DNA of 64,000 nt from positions 1-64,000 of the forward strand of contig NW_026576105.1 in the NCBI RefSeq assembly GCF_028641065.1. Direction: 5' to 3'. This document shows, in pieces, positions 26,511-39,070 of the stretch; the first letter of the stretch is position 1, and every line of letters begins with the position of its first letter. This stretch comes from Leucoraja erinacea (Eukaryota). Under the pieces are notes generated by a model. That model searched no databases, was not told the origin of the DNA, and saw only the letters and a list, made by a program, of their open reading frames with translations. Both the position numbers and the translations under genes were made by a program.

Positions 26511-26751
26511 CCGATGCTTAGGCTTTGGGGAGTAGGCTTGACGTTTAGCAGAATATTGTCCGGATTGTAGATTATTACACATTAGAAGCATTTGGGCAAA
26601 CGTGGATTGTTCCTACTGTAGCCTCGGGGAAAGCGTAGAAATCATTTTACCTCAGCCGGATAGGGACATCCAAGATTATAAGGCATTGCTTTGATACAAT
26701 AAAAACTAAGTTTAAAATATGCGCGGCAGAAGTATTTTACACAATGTTATC

Positions 26752-27326
26752 AAGAAGGAACTGCAGATGCTGGAAGATCGAAGGTACACAAAAATGCTGG
26801 AGAAACTCAGCGGGTGCAGCAGCATCTATGGAGCGAAGGAAATAGGCGACGTTTCGGGCTGAAACCCTTCTTCAGACTGATGGGGGGTGGGAGGGAGAAG
26901 GAAGGAACAAGGGAGGAAGAGGAGCCCGAGGGCGGGGAGATGGGAGGAGACAGCTCGAGGGTTAAGGGAGGGGAGGAGACAGCAGGGGTTAGCAACACTG
27001 GGAGAATTCAACGAACAGCACCTCATATTCCGCCTGGGTTGCTTGCGTCCGGATGGCATGAACGTTGAATTCTCCCAGTTTTGCTAGCCCTTGCTGTCTC
27101 CTCCCCTTCCTTAACCCTCGAGCTGTCTCCTCCCATCCCCCCCGCCCTCAGGCTCCTCCTCCTCCCTTTTTCCTTCCTTCGCTCCCCCCCCACACACACC
27201 ACACACACCACACACACACACCCCCCATCAGTCTGAAGAAGGGTTTCGGCCCGAGACGACGCCTATTTCCTTCGCTCCATAGATGCTGCTGCACCCGCTG
27301 AGTTTCTCCAGCATTTTTGTGTACCC
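26752..27326. mobile_element. Penelope-like element end as a large inverted repeat
   Basis: ~230-bp arms (26782-27010 / 27066-27325) that are reverse complements of each other. Confidence 0.75.
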
Positions 27327-28059
27327 TGTTTTACACAATGGTGGGTGTCTGGAACGTACCGCCAGAGATAATGTCGTATGGTATTTCAGACGTGTGTCGG
27401 TGTGCACGTGGATATGCAGGGGACGGGTAGATATGCGCGGAATGGAGGCATATCGATCCAGCGCAGGCAGAGGACAATAGGCTAACTAGGTAACATGTTT
27501 CGCGCCGACACTATGGGCCGCAATGTCTGTTCCTGTACCGTACTGTACTGTGTACTGTCTTCTTTGTCCCTCGTTTTTTCGGGCTCATTGCCTCGCACTC
27601 AACGCGGAGGGGCTGTTCGCCCTTTCACAGCTGCTTCGGAGGCGGCGGTTCGATGACGGCATCCGGTACCTGGTTCTAATTCTAACTGAATGGGCTTCTG
27701 CTGACTTTCCCGGCAAACTCCTCCCTGTACCCTGTTCCCCTCCCAACTGAGCCAGAATCAGCCACGGATGCTGGAGGCATGACCCAGAAGTGCTCGATAA
27801 GTGCTGAAATAACGAAGCGNNNNNNNNNNNNNNNNNNNNNNNNNNNNNNNNNNNNNNNNNNNNNNNNNNNNNNNNNNNNNNNNNNNNNNNNNNNNNNNNN
27901 NNNNNNNNNNNNNNNNNNNNNNNNNNNNNNNNNNNNNNNNNNNNNNNNNNNNNNNNNACTGCAGACCAATGGGTTATTTCAGCACATTATGTTTGCTCCC
28001 CATTAAGCAATGCATTGGGGCCAAGCACTGTCATCCAACCTTATACTTTAATATCATAT

Positions 28060-28728
28060 CGGATTGTTCGCGATGTTGGAGAAGTCCAGGACAGGGGGTC
28101 ACAGCTTAAGGATAAGGGAGAAATCCTTTAAAACCGAGATGAGAAGAACTTTTTTCACACAGAGAGTGGTGAATCTCTGGAACTCTCTGCCACAGAGGGT
28201 AGTTGATGCCAGTTCATTGGCTATATTTAAGAGGGAGTTAGATGTGGCCCTTGTGGCTAAGGGGATCAGGGGGTATGAAGAGAAGGCAGGTACGGGATAC
28301 TGAGTTGGATGATCAGCCATGATCATATTGAATGGCGGTGCAGGCTCGAAGGGCCGAATGGCCTACTCCTGCACCTAATTTCTATGTTTCTATGTTCTAT
28401 GTACTCTAATGTGAGCATGGTGACTCCAATCACACGAATCTGGGGAGAGGTACAGGAGCATCAGCTGCAAAACCAGCAGGATTCTCCACAGCTTCTTCCC
28501 ACAGGCAATAAGACTGACTGTGTCCCCTCCCCAAATATCGTTCACAAACACATGCAACATCGTCCATACCTTGAAGCCACTGTCGGTCGGAATGTCTGTT
28601 TTTATTCTATTGTAAAGTTTAGGCCTACTTTTTGTTTTAGACATGGTAATTTTTAATTTGTTTTTAAAGCCCTTTGTATTTATCCTTTTTTTAAATTAAC
28701 GACACTGAATGAAAACTGGTCGAGGAAC

Positions 28729-28780
<52 letters not shown>

Positions 28781-29670
28781 CGTTTCCTCTGTGTATGTAA
28801 GTACTCAGTGAAAATGATATTAAATAAATACTGAATACTGAACACGTGATGAATAGGTTTCGTCGATTTGCAGCTGCATTTTCATCATAATAAACGCTAA
28901 TGTGTTGTACGTCCATTGTGGACATTTGTGAACCAAATTTCATATGGATCCCAGACATCTGCAGTCTGTAACTGTTCTAAATTCAGATTGACGACCCAAA
29001 TCAAGTGACTGAATAGCGCTGGTCTCAATGCCACGTACAACTGATGACCCAGGGGCCGGATCAGCCGTTAATTTGGCGGCTGAACATGACAGCCATGAAC
29101 GTTTCCATGTACTGTACTGTTTGCCGGACTGCCGACTGCAGTCGTGCTAAGAATCCTCCTCCTCTCTGCCATTCTTGGTGTCGCAACCGCAGCCACAATA
29201 TGATAAGTTACAAAAGTTACACAATATGATGAGTTACAGAGAAAGGTTGGACAAGTTAGGTTTTTATTCTTTGAAGCGCAGAAGGTTAAGGGGGGACTTG
29301 ATAGAGGTCTTTAAGATTATGAGAGGGATAGACATAGTTGACGTGGATAAGCTTCTTCCATTGAGAGTAGGGAAGGTTCAAACAAGAGGACATGATTTGA
29401 GAATTAAGGGACAGAGGTTTAGGGGTGACATGAGGGGGAACCTCTTTACTCAGAGAGTGGTAGCTGTGTGGAATGAGCTTCCAGTGGAAGTGGTGGAGGC
29501 AGGTTCGATTTTATCATTTAAAAATAAATTGGATAGGTATATGGACGGGAAAGGAATGGAGGGTTATGGTCTGAGTGCAGGTAGATGGGACAAGGTGAGA
29601 GTAAGTGTTCGGCACGGACCAGAAGGGTCGAGATGGCCTGTTTCCGTGCTGTAATTGTTATATGTTATAT
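28060..29670 (+). mobile_element. Two CR1 3' fragments (28060-28395; 29225-29670)
   Basis: CR1 ORF2 C-terminal peptides (RRRLRGDLIEVFKI; FTQRVVNLWN). Confidence 0.8.
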
Positions 29671-29841
29671 TTTAAGTGCTTACGTTTATCCACCAACCCT
29701 TTCAAATGCATCGTATGTGTGGCAGCAGACGTCTGTAGCTAGCAAATCCGAAATCATTCGTAAACAGTGAAACACGAAACGTACTCACAATTGGACAAAC
29801 GTGTACTCGCCAAAGCACTATCATCGTTACACTGTTCAAAA

Positions 29842-30774
29842 CAAAGATCCTATAGCAGAGCAAGATAGGCTACTCCTGCTAAATGCAATGGACTGACGTG
29901 TAGTACGCTATGGAGGGGATCATGGGCTTTTTCCACGCCCATTTTAGCAACCTGAGCCTTCCTAACCCGACCCGACTCGCACTGTAATCAATTTTGCGGG
30001 GCAACAGTTTGTGTGGGTCAAATTCATAAATCGTTCAGTTCAAACGTCTTGTCAAGAATAAAATTTGATCTGGTAATTGTCTTTTTTAATGTTTTTTAAA
30101 TCATTTCTTTTTAAATGGCTCACAAGCAGTGTTTGAGTTGATTTTGTAGTGACCGGAACCGACCCGACTCGCAGGATGATTGACAGGGGGGGACTTTTTG
30201 TGCCTGATTATAGGGTTAGATTCATAATTCTGTTAGTTCATAATTCTGTTGATTCTTGTTAAAGAATAAAATGTTTATAAACACACATACGTGAAAATTA
30301 TATAAATGTATATAACACACACAATTATATTTCTTCTAATCCAATAATGAACTTTATTTCGGACTAGACAAGGGACATTAAATAAGAAACATTGTAAATA
30401 AGAAACATTGTAAACCTCCCTGCAACTTCACACACGCTAGGCCTTATCCCCCCCGGCACTCTCTCGCCTGCCCCCTTACTACAATGTCCCCCCTCCTATG
30501 CCCCTCTCCCCGCTGCCCCGGGCCCCGCACTCTCTCTCCCCGCTGCCCCACACTCTCTCTCCCCGCTGCCCCGGACCCCGCACTCCTTCTCCCCGCTGCG
30601 GATCCAATCTTTGGCCGGAAGCAAGAAGGCGGGAACAAGAAAGCGGAGCAAGATGGCGCAAGATGGCGGAGTCAGGTTGCTAAAATGTGTCCTATAATCA
30701 CCCATGAATCCGCCCATGAGCGTACCTCACGTTTGCGTGAGAGTAACCCATCTTGCTCTGCTATAGGATCTTTG
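29842..30774. mobile_element. Non-autonomous DNA transposon with CAAAG termini (P-element-like)
   Basis: TIR CAAAGATCCTATAGCAGAGCAAGAT / ATCTTGCTCTGCTATAGGATCTTTG; flanks GTTCAAAA / GTTCAAAG (8-bp TSD with 1 mismatch). Confidence 0.8.
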
Positions 30775-31298
30775 GTTCAAAGTAAACAAATCTCTCGTCA
30801 TAATTATTATTACTGAACTTTGTGAATTACATTTCAGAATAGGGTACTGATGATGGGTATTCGGCGCCATAGCAGAAGCGTCCATGTCGCGGGGGTGGAA
30901 ACTGGAATTATCCTGAGCTAATTCTGTTACCACCGTCATCTATTGCGACATGTGAAGGCTTCCACATTGTCGCCGGAAGCTTGCGTCCTTTTCAGGACAG
31001 ACGATGAGAGCGAGGCCAACATTTGTAACAAGATGGACACGAAAAGAAGAAGATGGATATTCGAAATGAAACACAATTTTTTAATATGAGTTCCACCGGG
31101 AATGAGGTTTAATTGTGCTTTTCAGTTCATTAATGCCATGTGATTAGAGTTTCAGCGGAAAGTCGTTTGCTTGCTTTCCAAACAAATCGGATAATACAAT
31201 ACATGCATACAATCAAGCCAAACTCAGGTACAATGGGTAGAAAATACAACCAAAAGAGTAAAGAGATGGTAACGAGATTGTCTCAGATGATGTGTTTA

Positions 31299-31522
31299 AG
31301 AAGGAACTACAGATGCTGGAAAATCGAAGGTACACATTAATGCTGGAGAAACTCAGCGGGTGCGGCAGCATCCACGGAGCGAAGGAGATAGGCAACGTTT
31401 CGGGCCGAAGAAGAATTCGAATTTCGCGTCTGAGGAAGGGTTTCGGTCCGAAACGTTGCCTATCTCCTTTGCTCCATAGATGATGCTGTACCCGCTGAGT
31501 TTCTCCAGCATTTGTGTGTACA
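31299..31522. mobile_element. Short Penelope-like inverted-repeat fragment
   Basis: Same family as 26752-27326, with shorter arms. Confidence 0.7.
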
Positions 31523-31654
31523 TTGTATCGGATGATAGCAGATCCTAATTTGATATCAGCACGCAAAACCGGCGCCACACTCCGGCGCGGTCTTTGTCGA
31601 AATTCTTCACCGCTTGTCGTTTCTGAGTTGCATGTTCTTTTCAGTGGAGAATTG

Positions 31655-32110
31655 TAATGTCAGGACTTTCATATGAAGAAAGACTGGATAGACTCGGCTT
31701 GTACTCGCTAGAATTTAGAAGATTGAGGGGAGTTCTTATAGAAACTTACAACATTCTTAAGAGGTTGGACAGGCTAGATGCAGGAAGATTGTTCCCGATG
31801 TTGGGGAAGTCCAGAACAAGGGCTCACAGTTTAAGGATAAAGGGGCGATCTTTTAGGACCAAGGTGAGAAAAGTATTTTTCACACAGAGAGTGGTGAATA
31901 CCTGGAATTATCTGCCATAGAAGGTAGTTCATTTGCTATATTTAAGAGGGAGTTAGATGTGGCCCTTGTGGCTAAAGGGATCAGGGGGTATGGAGAGAAG
32001 TCAGGTACAGGATACTGAGTTGGATGATCAGCCATGATCATATTGAATGACGGTGAAGGCTCGAAGGGCCGAATGGCCCACTCCTGCACCTACTTTCTAT
32101 GTTTCTAATT
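31655..32110 (+). mobile_element. CR1 3' fragment abutting GPCR B stop codon
   Basis: SGLSYEERLDRLGLYSLEFRRLRG. Confidence 0.85.
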
Positions 32111-32126
32111 TTCTGTGTTATATGCA

Positions 32127-33034
32127 CTAGTTGAACCAGCCAGTAATGATATTGAATGGATATTTGAGAGCATCCTTTAACAGTTCCCTGAATTTAGACT
32201 GTGTGCCAACATAAATACACGTGTTGGTACAGGAACTAAGAATCTCTAACATGTATCCGCTTTCTTGAAGAATAAATCTTGGGTCATTGGAATTAGAACC
32301 AGTTGGATAGACGTTGCTTGTAATCTGCACAAATAGGAAATTTACCACATAGGTCGACCTCAACAAAATAAAACTCCAGGAGATGGCGAGAAGTAAAATA
32401 ATGGACCTTCTCCGGCTCTCCATCTCGGGGTCACTCTGTTTCTCACCGTTGCTCTGCGCCCGGAGTCTTCGGCGGGCCCGACTGGCCGCTAGAATGTGTC
32501 TGATTGTCAGAACATTAAGCAGCAAAATGAGGAGGAATGGGATACATGGATTTAACATACGGTGCAGCCATTCATACACCCTCCATGCAAGTGATGTATA
32601 GAAGATTGGTCTAATGCTGCAGAACCAGGGTACATTGTCAACGACATACATGGGCTCATATTCAAAATATAAAGGGATGTTTCGCAAGGACGCCAGCACG
32701 CAGATGGTTGCTATAATCACAGCCGCAGTTTTCTCGGTGCAGTATCTCACCTTCAATTTCTGGCTGCCAATAGCTAAAAAGCGATCGAACGTGAACGCGA
32801 CCGTTAACCACACCGATGTGTCTTTTGAAATCCAGCTGAAGATAATAACGAGACTGCAGGCAGGAGTGGTGGACAAGAAACTAAGTGGGAAATAAATAGC
32901 CCGTAGCCGACTTAATATCACAGCAGTTATAATGACCAGGAGATCCGCCACTGCCATGAACACCAGGTAACGAGTTATGCATTTCGAGAGGCCGCACTTT
33001 CCTTGCGACAAAATCACAATCGTCACTAAATTCG
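32127..33034 (-). CDS. GPR139/142-like class A GPCR paralog B, exon 2
   Basis: Acceptor TTGCAG|CG AAT TTA GTG. Intact 7TM ORF, collinear and highly similar to paralog A (FTFDRFLAI, SSCTNTCIY). Confidence 0.9.
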
Positions 33035-33181
33035 CTGCAAAACAAAATAATAAATTCGTTCATTGATAATCAGACCGTTAAATCCAATTGATTGACAGGA
33101 TAAATTCGTGCAGTATTTCGACGATTCAGCTAACCACCAAATATATTGTGCTTTGGCTCATGCCACGCCCGTGTACGGTTA

Positions 33182-33406
33182 TGCCCCTGTCCCACTTAGG
33201 CAACCTGAACGGAAACCTCTGGAGACTGCGACCCACCCAAGGTTCCCGGAGATTGCAAGTGGTTGACGGAGGGTGCAGGAAGTGGAAGCAGGTAGGGAGA
33301 CTGACAAAAAAACCTCCGGGAACCTCCGGGAACCGCACGGAAACCTTGGGTGGGGCGCAAAGTCTCCATAGGATTCCGTTCAGGTTTCCTAAGTGGGACA
33401 GGGACA
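33182..33406. mobile_element. MITE (Harbinger/PIF-like) in GPCR B intron
   Basis: TIRs TGCCCCTGTCCCACTTAGG / CCTAAGTGGGACAGGGACA; TTA on both flanks. Confidence 0.8.
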
Positions 33407-33494
33407 TTATGGAATGGAATACAAAAGACCAGCTTCCCAAACATAATGACAATTTGTTGAGAAAATAAGAAAATATAAATCCATTGGCACATCA

Positions 33495-33885
33495 TAACCA
33501 TATAACCATATATAACTATATAACAATTACCGTACGTAAACATGCCATCTCGGCTCTTCTAGTCCGTGCCGAACACTTGCTCTCATCTAGTCCCATCTAC
33601 CTGCACTCAGACCATAAACCTCCATTCCTTTCCCATCCATATACCTTTTCAATTTATTTTTAAATGATAAAATCGAACCTGCCGGCCTCCACCACTTCCA
33701 CTCTCTGAGTAAAGAAGTTCACCCTCATGTTACCCCTAAACTTCTGTCCCTTAATTCTCAAGTCGTGTCCTCTTGTTTGAATCTTCCCTGCTCTCAATTG
33801 AAAAAGCTTATCCACGTCAACTCTGTCTATCCCTTGCATAATTTTACAGACCTCTATCAAGTCCCCCCTTCATCTTCGGCGCTCA
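33495..33885 (-). mobile_element. CR1 3' fragment in GPCR B intron
   Basis: IEVCKIMQGIDRVDVDKLF. Confidence 0.8.
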
Positions 33886-34521
33886 TACTGAAAGCAAATA
33901 ACGATGTCAATGGGAGAAGAGATCATTTAGAATATAGCGTGTGAAATTTAGATACAATAATGCATTTCCATGCCAAACTAACAAGAGCGCTTCATAATAA
34001 CGTTACTTGTAAACAGCTGCCAAATGCGGTCAGCAAACAAGAAAATAAACTTGGTAGGTGAAATTGATTCAATGCCTGCATTGAGACCAGTGTTGAGTCA
34101 AATGGTGTTCGAAGTGTAATTCCAATAAATGACATGATCGGAGGTGTTACATCAGCCACCAAATTCTATAAATGACACCTGCATTTTTGTCGGGCGAGTT
34201 TTGTCCGAGAGGAGAGACAATTTAAAATAATTCAATTCTGCATCCAATTATACATTTCTGTCTCTGATCAGAAAGTACAGATGCTCCCATTCAACAGCAT
34301 TCAAAAGACGGTGCCAACAAGCATTTTTATGAGAATATTTATTTTTGGAACGACCTCGTTTGCATCAGACAACTTGATTGAATTCGTCATTCCGTACGAG
34401 ATCGCAAGGGACAGATAGCGACGGAGAACCCGGCGTGCATTCGTTGCACATAGACGTGGCTGAATGGCAGATTGAAAATGCTTTTTAAATGAAAGTCGAC
34501 GTCCATATGTTTTGTTCTTAC

Positions 34522-34591
34522 CTGGAACTCCGAAAGCTGCGAGAAAAGAATAATAAATGGCAAAGACCGGCCCATTCCCAGGTGCGTGCAT
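34522..34591 (-). CDS. GPR139/142-like GPCR paralog B, exon 1
   Basis: MHAPGNGPVFAIYYSFLAAFGVP+G, 70 nt, donor CCAG|GTAAG; TATAAATA on the - strand at 34649-34656. Confidence 0.85.
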
Positions 34592-35354
34592 TGTTTCCGT
34601 GAGCACGATTTAGCTGGCAAGAAAATTCTGCATCAAACTTTTCAGGACTATTTATACCGCAGTGTAATCTCTGGAGCGACAATTAATTGCATCATCATAA
34701 TTGCCAGGCAGAATGCTCCGAATAAACAAGGGAGAGTATGTTGTTCTTTCTTGTAATGATTTATGACATGATATTGTTTGAGCAATGTGGCTTAATTGCG
34801 AAACGAACTACTGTCGCTGTTTGAAGTGAAACATATCATGTGAATTGGGTGAAAAGGGCTTCTGACTAGTAAATAATACGGTTTCTTCAAATAGCGTTAG
34901 GAATATTCTGTAGCCATTTGTGTGTCGACCCCAAATGAAGACATCGTCATCCTGGAGTGTGTCGCGTAGCGAATGGACTCTTCTTTCTGCGTCTCACCCC
35001 CCCCCCCCTCCCGCGCTCCAATGGGTCTCCTATGTTTGTCGCGCTGTCTGTTTTCCTCCCTCCCCGCTCTGAGCCGCGCCTGATGCCGTGGACCTGCTGC
35101 CGATACTCCCCTCTAGCGCCTGATCATTCCCCTCCACCTGACTGCTTCTCCATAATCCGTTCACTGGTGGTCACCCATCTATTTTCTGCATCTGTGGTAT
35201 AATATCATATTCAAAATCATACTCATAATAGTACTTTATTAGCCAAGAATGGTTTGCAACATACCGTCAAACCATGCCGTCGTAACAGTAAAGAGCAACA
35301 AGAAACCAATATAAATGTTAAGTGTAGTTAGTGTAATGTTAAGTTAAATGTTAA

Positions 35355-36020
35355 GGCAGTGAAGAAAGCGAATGGTATGTTAGCTTTCATAGCAAAATGA
35401 TTTGAGTATAGGAGCTGGGAGGTTCTATTGCAGTTGTACAGGGTCTTGGTGAGACCACACCTGGAGTATTGCGTACAGTTTTGGTTTCAGAAATCTGAGG
35501 AAGGACATTATTGCCATAGAGGGAGTGCAGAGAAGGTTCACCAGACTGATTCCTGGGATGTCAGGACTGTCTTACGAAGAAAGACTGGGTAGACTTAGTT
35601 TATACTCTCTAGAATTTAGGAGATTGAGAGGGGATCTTATAGAAACGTACAAAATTCTTAAGGGGTTGGACGGGCTAGATGCAGGAAGATTGCTCCCGAT
35701 GTTGGGGAAGTCCAGGACAAGGGGTCACAGCTTAAGGATAAGGGGGAAATCCTTTAAAACCGAGATGAGAAGAGCGTTTTTCACACAGGGAGTGGCGAAT
35801 CTCTGGAACTCTGCCGCAGAGGGTAGTCGAGGCCAGTTCATTGGCTATATTTAAGAGGGAGTTAGATGTGGCCCTTGTGGCTAAGGGGATCAGAGGGTAT
35901 GGAGAGAAGGCAGGTACGGGGTACTGAGTTGGATGATCAGCCATGATCATATTGAATGGCGGTGCAGGCTCGAAGGGCCGAATGGCCTACTCCTGCACCT
36001 AATTTCTATGTTTCTATGTT
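35355..36020 (+). mobile_element. CR1 3' fragment
   Basis: QRRFTRLIPGMSGLSYEERL. Confidence 0.88.
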
Positions 36021-36543
36021 AAACATGGCCATCGCCCACAGCGACTTCCCCACATTCCTCACTGTGATGGAGAGCAAACATGTTCACTCTGCTTCCCTTC
36101 TTTGTTCTGCAGGGCTCTGCAACCTTCCGTTGTCGGGGAGATCTTAGCTCCCGCAGCCGGCGGTCGATCCCTCCCCGTCGGGGCGATCATGCGCCCGGAT
36201 CTGGAGGCCCCCAGCTGCCTCGCGCCTGGCGATCGGCCCCCAGGTCTGGGCTGGTCGAACCATCTGCGAATTGCAGCTTCCCGCCATCAGTCTCTGCCGG
36301 AGTCTGCGAGCTCCTCGATGGTGAAATCCACAGGAGCGGTGGGGCTGGAAGTCAGATTTGAGCAAGGCCGCCAACTACAAGATCTTAGGCCGCAGAGCGA
36401 TCGGAGATACGATCCGGAAAACAATCGCATCTCCGTAAGAGATTGAAAAAAGTTTCCCCCGACCCCGTTCCCCACCTCCCACATGAAACAAACCAGAGAT
36501 TGAATGGCGGTGTAGGCTCGAAGGGCAGAATGGCCTACTCTTG

Positions 36544-37405
36544 TAGCAATGTTACAAAATGTTGAGATTTTAAAAATCAAGTCTGCAATTTATCCCATCA
36601 GATAAAGCATAACAATAAGTTTAATTTGACACCAAATTCACTTTCATATCTCAAGTATTAAAAAAGTTATGGCCATTTTCATTCTCGGAAATTAGCATCT
36701 TGTTCCCTATTGATTTTCAATGGACATTACAAAAAAGCTGTGATCTTGGATAATCAAAGGCCCATTTCTTAAGGAAAGATTAACATTTTTAAATAGCCTA
36801 AGTGTCCAAAGATTATTCACAAATACTTCACAATATAACATGATTTTTATATCTAATTTACATTAATTTATAGGCCAAATGGAAGGAATTTAGTGTTCAA
36901 TTGCTGTAAATAAATGCCCATTTAAATCGGCTTTCTAGTGGGTTCATGTGGAACGCGCTGGTTTAGAACGTTGACAGCGCGCTAGATTAGTGCCCTCAAA
37001 TGCCGAGAAAAATACTGCGGGATATAAAAAGCCCAAAATGAACTACTCGCTAGAGATAACTAGATATATAGGGTTATATATATGCCCCATTTAATGTAAA
37101 AATAAGGTACATACCTTTAATTGTTTGCTTTATAAAACCCTGGGGCTGCGAGATGTTGCGGAATCAGAGAGTAATTTTAAACTATTATAACTATATTATC
37201 GAGGCCTATAAAACTAATAATACCTTTTGCGACCGGGTCTTGCAGCGATTTATCGTTAATGATTTACTAGGCTGAACATCTGCGATTAGTACAGCCCAGT
37301 AAAAATCGCGTTTTAAACCCGCCCCCTCGAAACAGCGCCAAAATCGCGGGCCTGGCTGAGGGCAGATTCCCAATGGCGATTCAGGTAGGTTTTGTAACAT
37401 ACCTA
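36544..37405. mobile_element. 862-bp non-autonomous DNA transposon, 7-bp TSD
   Basis: Imperfect TIR TAGCAATGTTACAAAA / TTTTGTAACATACCTA; ACTCTTG duplicated on both sides; near-identical copy at 61844. Confidence 0.85.
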
Positions 37406-38097
37406 ACTCTTGCACCTATTTTCTATGTTTATGTCTACTGGTGTAACTTGTATCCTATATCCTGACTACTGTTTGGTTGCCTGAAACTAACTTCCATTAT
37501 CGCATTTTTACCCGTAAAATCTCTCAGCTCTAGCCACCATTACTACACTCTATGATCTTATCACCCTCCCTACGCACTGAATTTTATTCCGTGCCAACCG
37601 TGCTACCCCAACCCCTCCGCCCACCTGTCTTTCTTTCCGATAGAATGTTTAACTTTGAACATTCAATTCCCAGCTCCGACCGTCGCACATGACTCGGGTA
37701 GCAATCCAGAGATTATTACCTACTTGGTTCTGCTTTTGATCTTCATATTCCTTCAGCAGAATCTATGTTCTTGTTCTACCTAGGTCATTGGACCACGCCA
37801 ACGGGATCTTTCCCCTCGCCTGCAAGTTGCTCTGCAGCGCAGACGAAATGTCCTGAACTCGGCCACCAGGCAGGCAACACAGCTTTCGGGACTCTCAAAC
37901 CTTTCGACAGAGAACAGTATCAACGCCCCCTAGCAATACTATCCCCAATGACAACAACGTTTTCCTTCCCCTTTCTATCTCAAATGCCCCTCTGATCCAC
38001 GTGGCCTTGGTCAGGTTGCTCATCCTTCCGAGGGTCTTCTAATTCAGTCCTCCCCTGCCTGCCTCATTACCGGTCATACCCTCCACGTCATTACATC

Positions 38098-38232
38098 CGT
38101 TCATTCATGCATTCATTCATTCATCATTCAATCAATCATTCATTAATTCAATCAATCATGCATTCAACCATTCATTCATTCATTCATTCATCATTCATCC
38201 ATTCATCCATTCATTCATTCATGCATACATGC
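38098..38232. repeat. (CATT)n degenerate microsatellite
   Basis: Direct reading. Confidence 0.9.
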
Positions 38233-38304
38233 ATTATTTTACGATCCCAATTAACCATGAACTTGACAATCATCTCGCGATCTTGTTTACTCTTTTTAGA
38301 AATA

Positions 38305-38925
38305 TAGAATCATGGAAACAGGAGGAGGCCATTCGGCCCTTCGGGCCAGCACCGCTTTTCATTGAGATCATGGCGGATTGTCCCCTATCAATAACCCGTG
38401 CCTGCCTTCACCCCATAACCCTTGACTCCACTAGCCCCTAGAGCTCTGTCTAACTCTCTCTTAAGTCCATCCCGTGATTTGGCCTCCACAGCCCTCTGTG
38501 GCAGGGAATTCCACAAATTCACAACTCTCTGGGTGAAAACGTTTTTCTCAACTCAGTCTTAAATGACCTCCACTTTATTCTAAGACGGTGGCCCCTGGTT
38601 CTGGACTCGCTCAACATTGGGAACATTTTTCCTGAATCTAACTTGCCCAGCCCTTTTATAATTTTATATGTTTCTATAACATTCCCCCCTCAACCTTCTA
38701 AACTCCAGTGAATACAAGCCTAGCCTTTTCAATCTTTCCGCATGTGACAGTCCCGCCGTCCCAGGGATTAATCTCGTGAACCTACGCTGCACTGCCTCGA
38801 TCACAAGGATGTCCTTCCTCAAAACTGTACACAATACTCCAGCTGCGGTCTCACCAGAGCCCTATACAACTGCAGAAGAACCTCTTTACTCCTATGCTGA
38901 AATCCTCTTGTTATGAAGGCCAACA
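38305..38925 (-). mobile_element. CR1 3' fragment
   Basis: Reverse complement of the CR1 ORF2 C-terminus and 3' UTR. Confidence 0.8.
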
Positions 38926-39031
38926 GCAGATATAAACATTATTTGCTGCAATAATTTCTACCGCACCGACATTTTCTGCAGCTCTCTCTGAGCTCTGCAG
39001 CGCTGTGCCTGTCCGTGCTCGACCACATCGA

Positions 39032-39070
39032 CGTTTTTGTAAGGCTTTCTCCCTATTTTGTATGACTGTG
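39032..39070 (-). promoter_or_regulatory. 23-RSS of supporting Vdelta
   Basis: CACAGTC + 23 nt + ACAAAAACG on the - strand. Confidence 0.88.
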
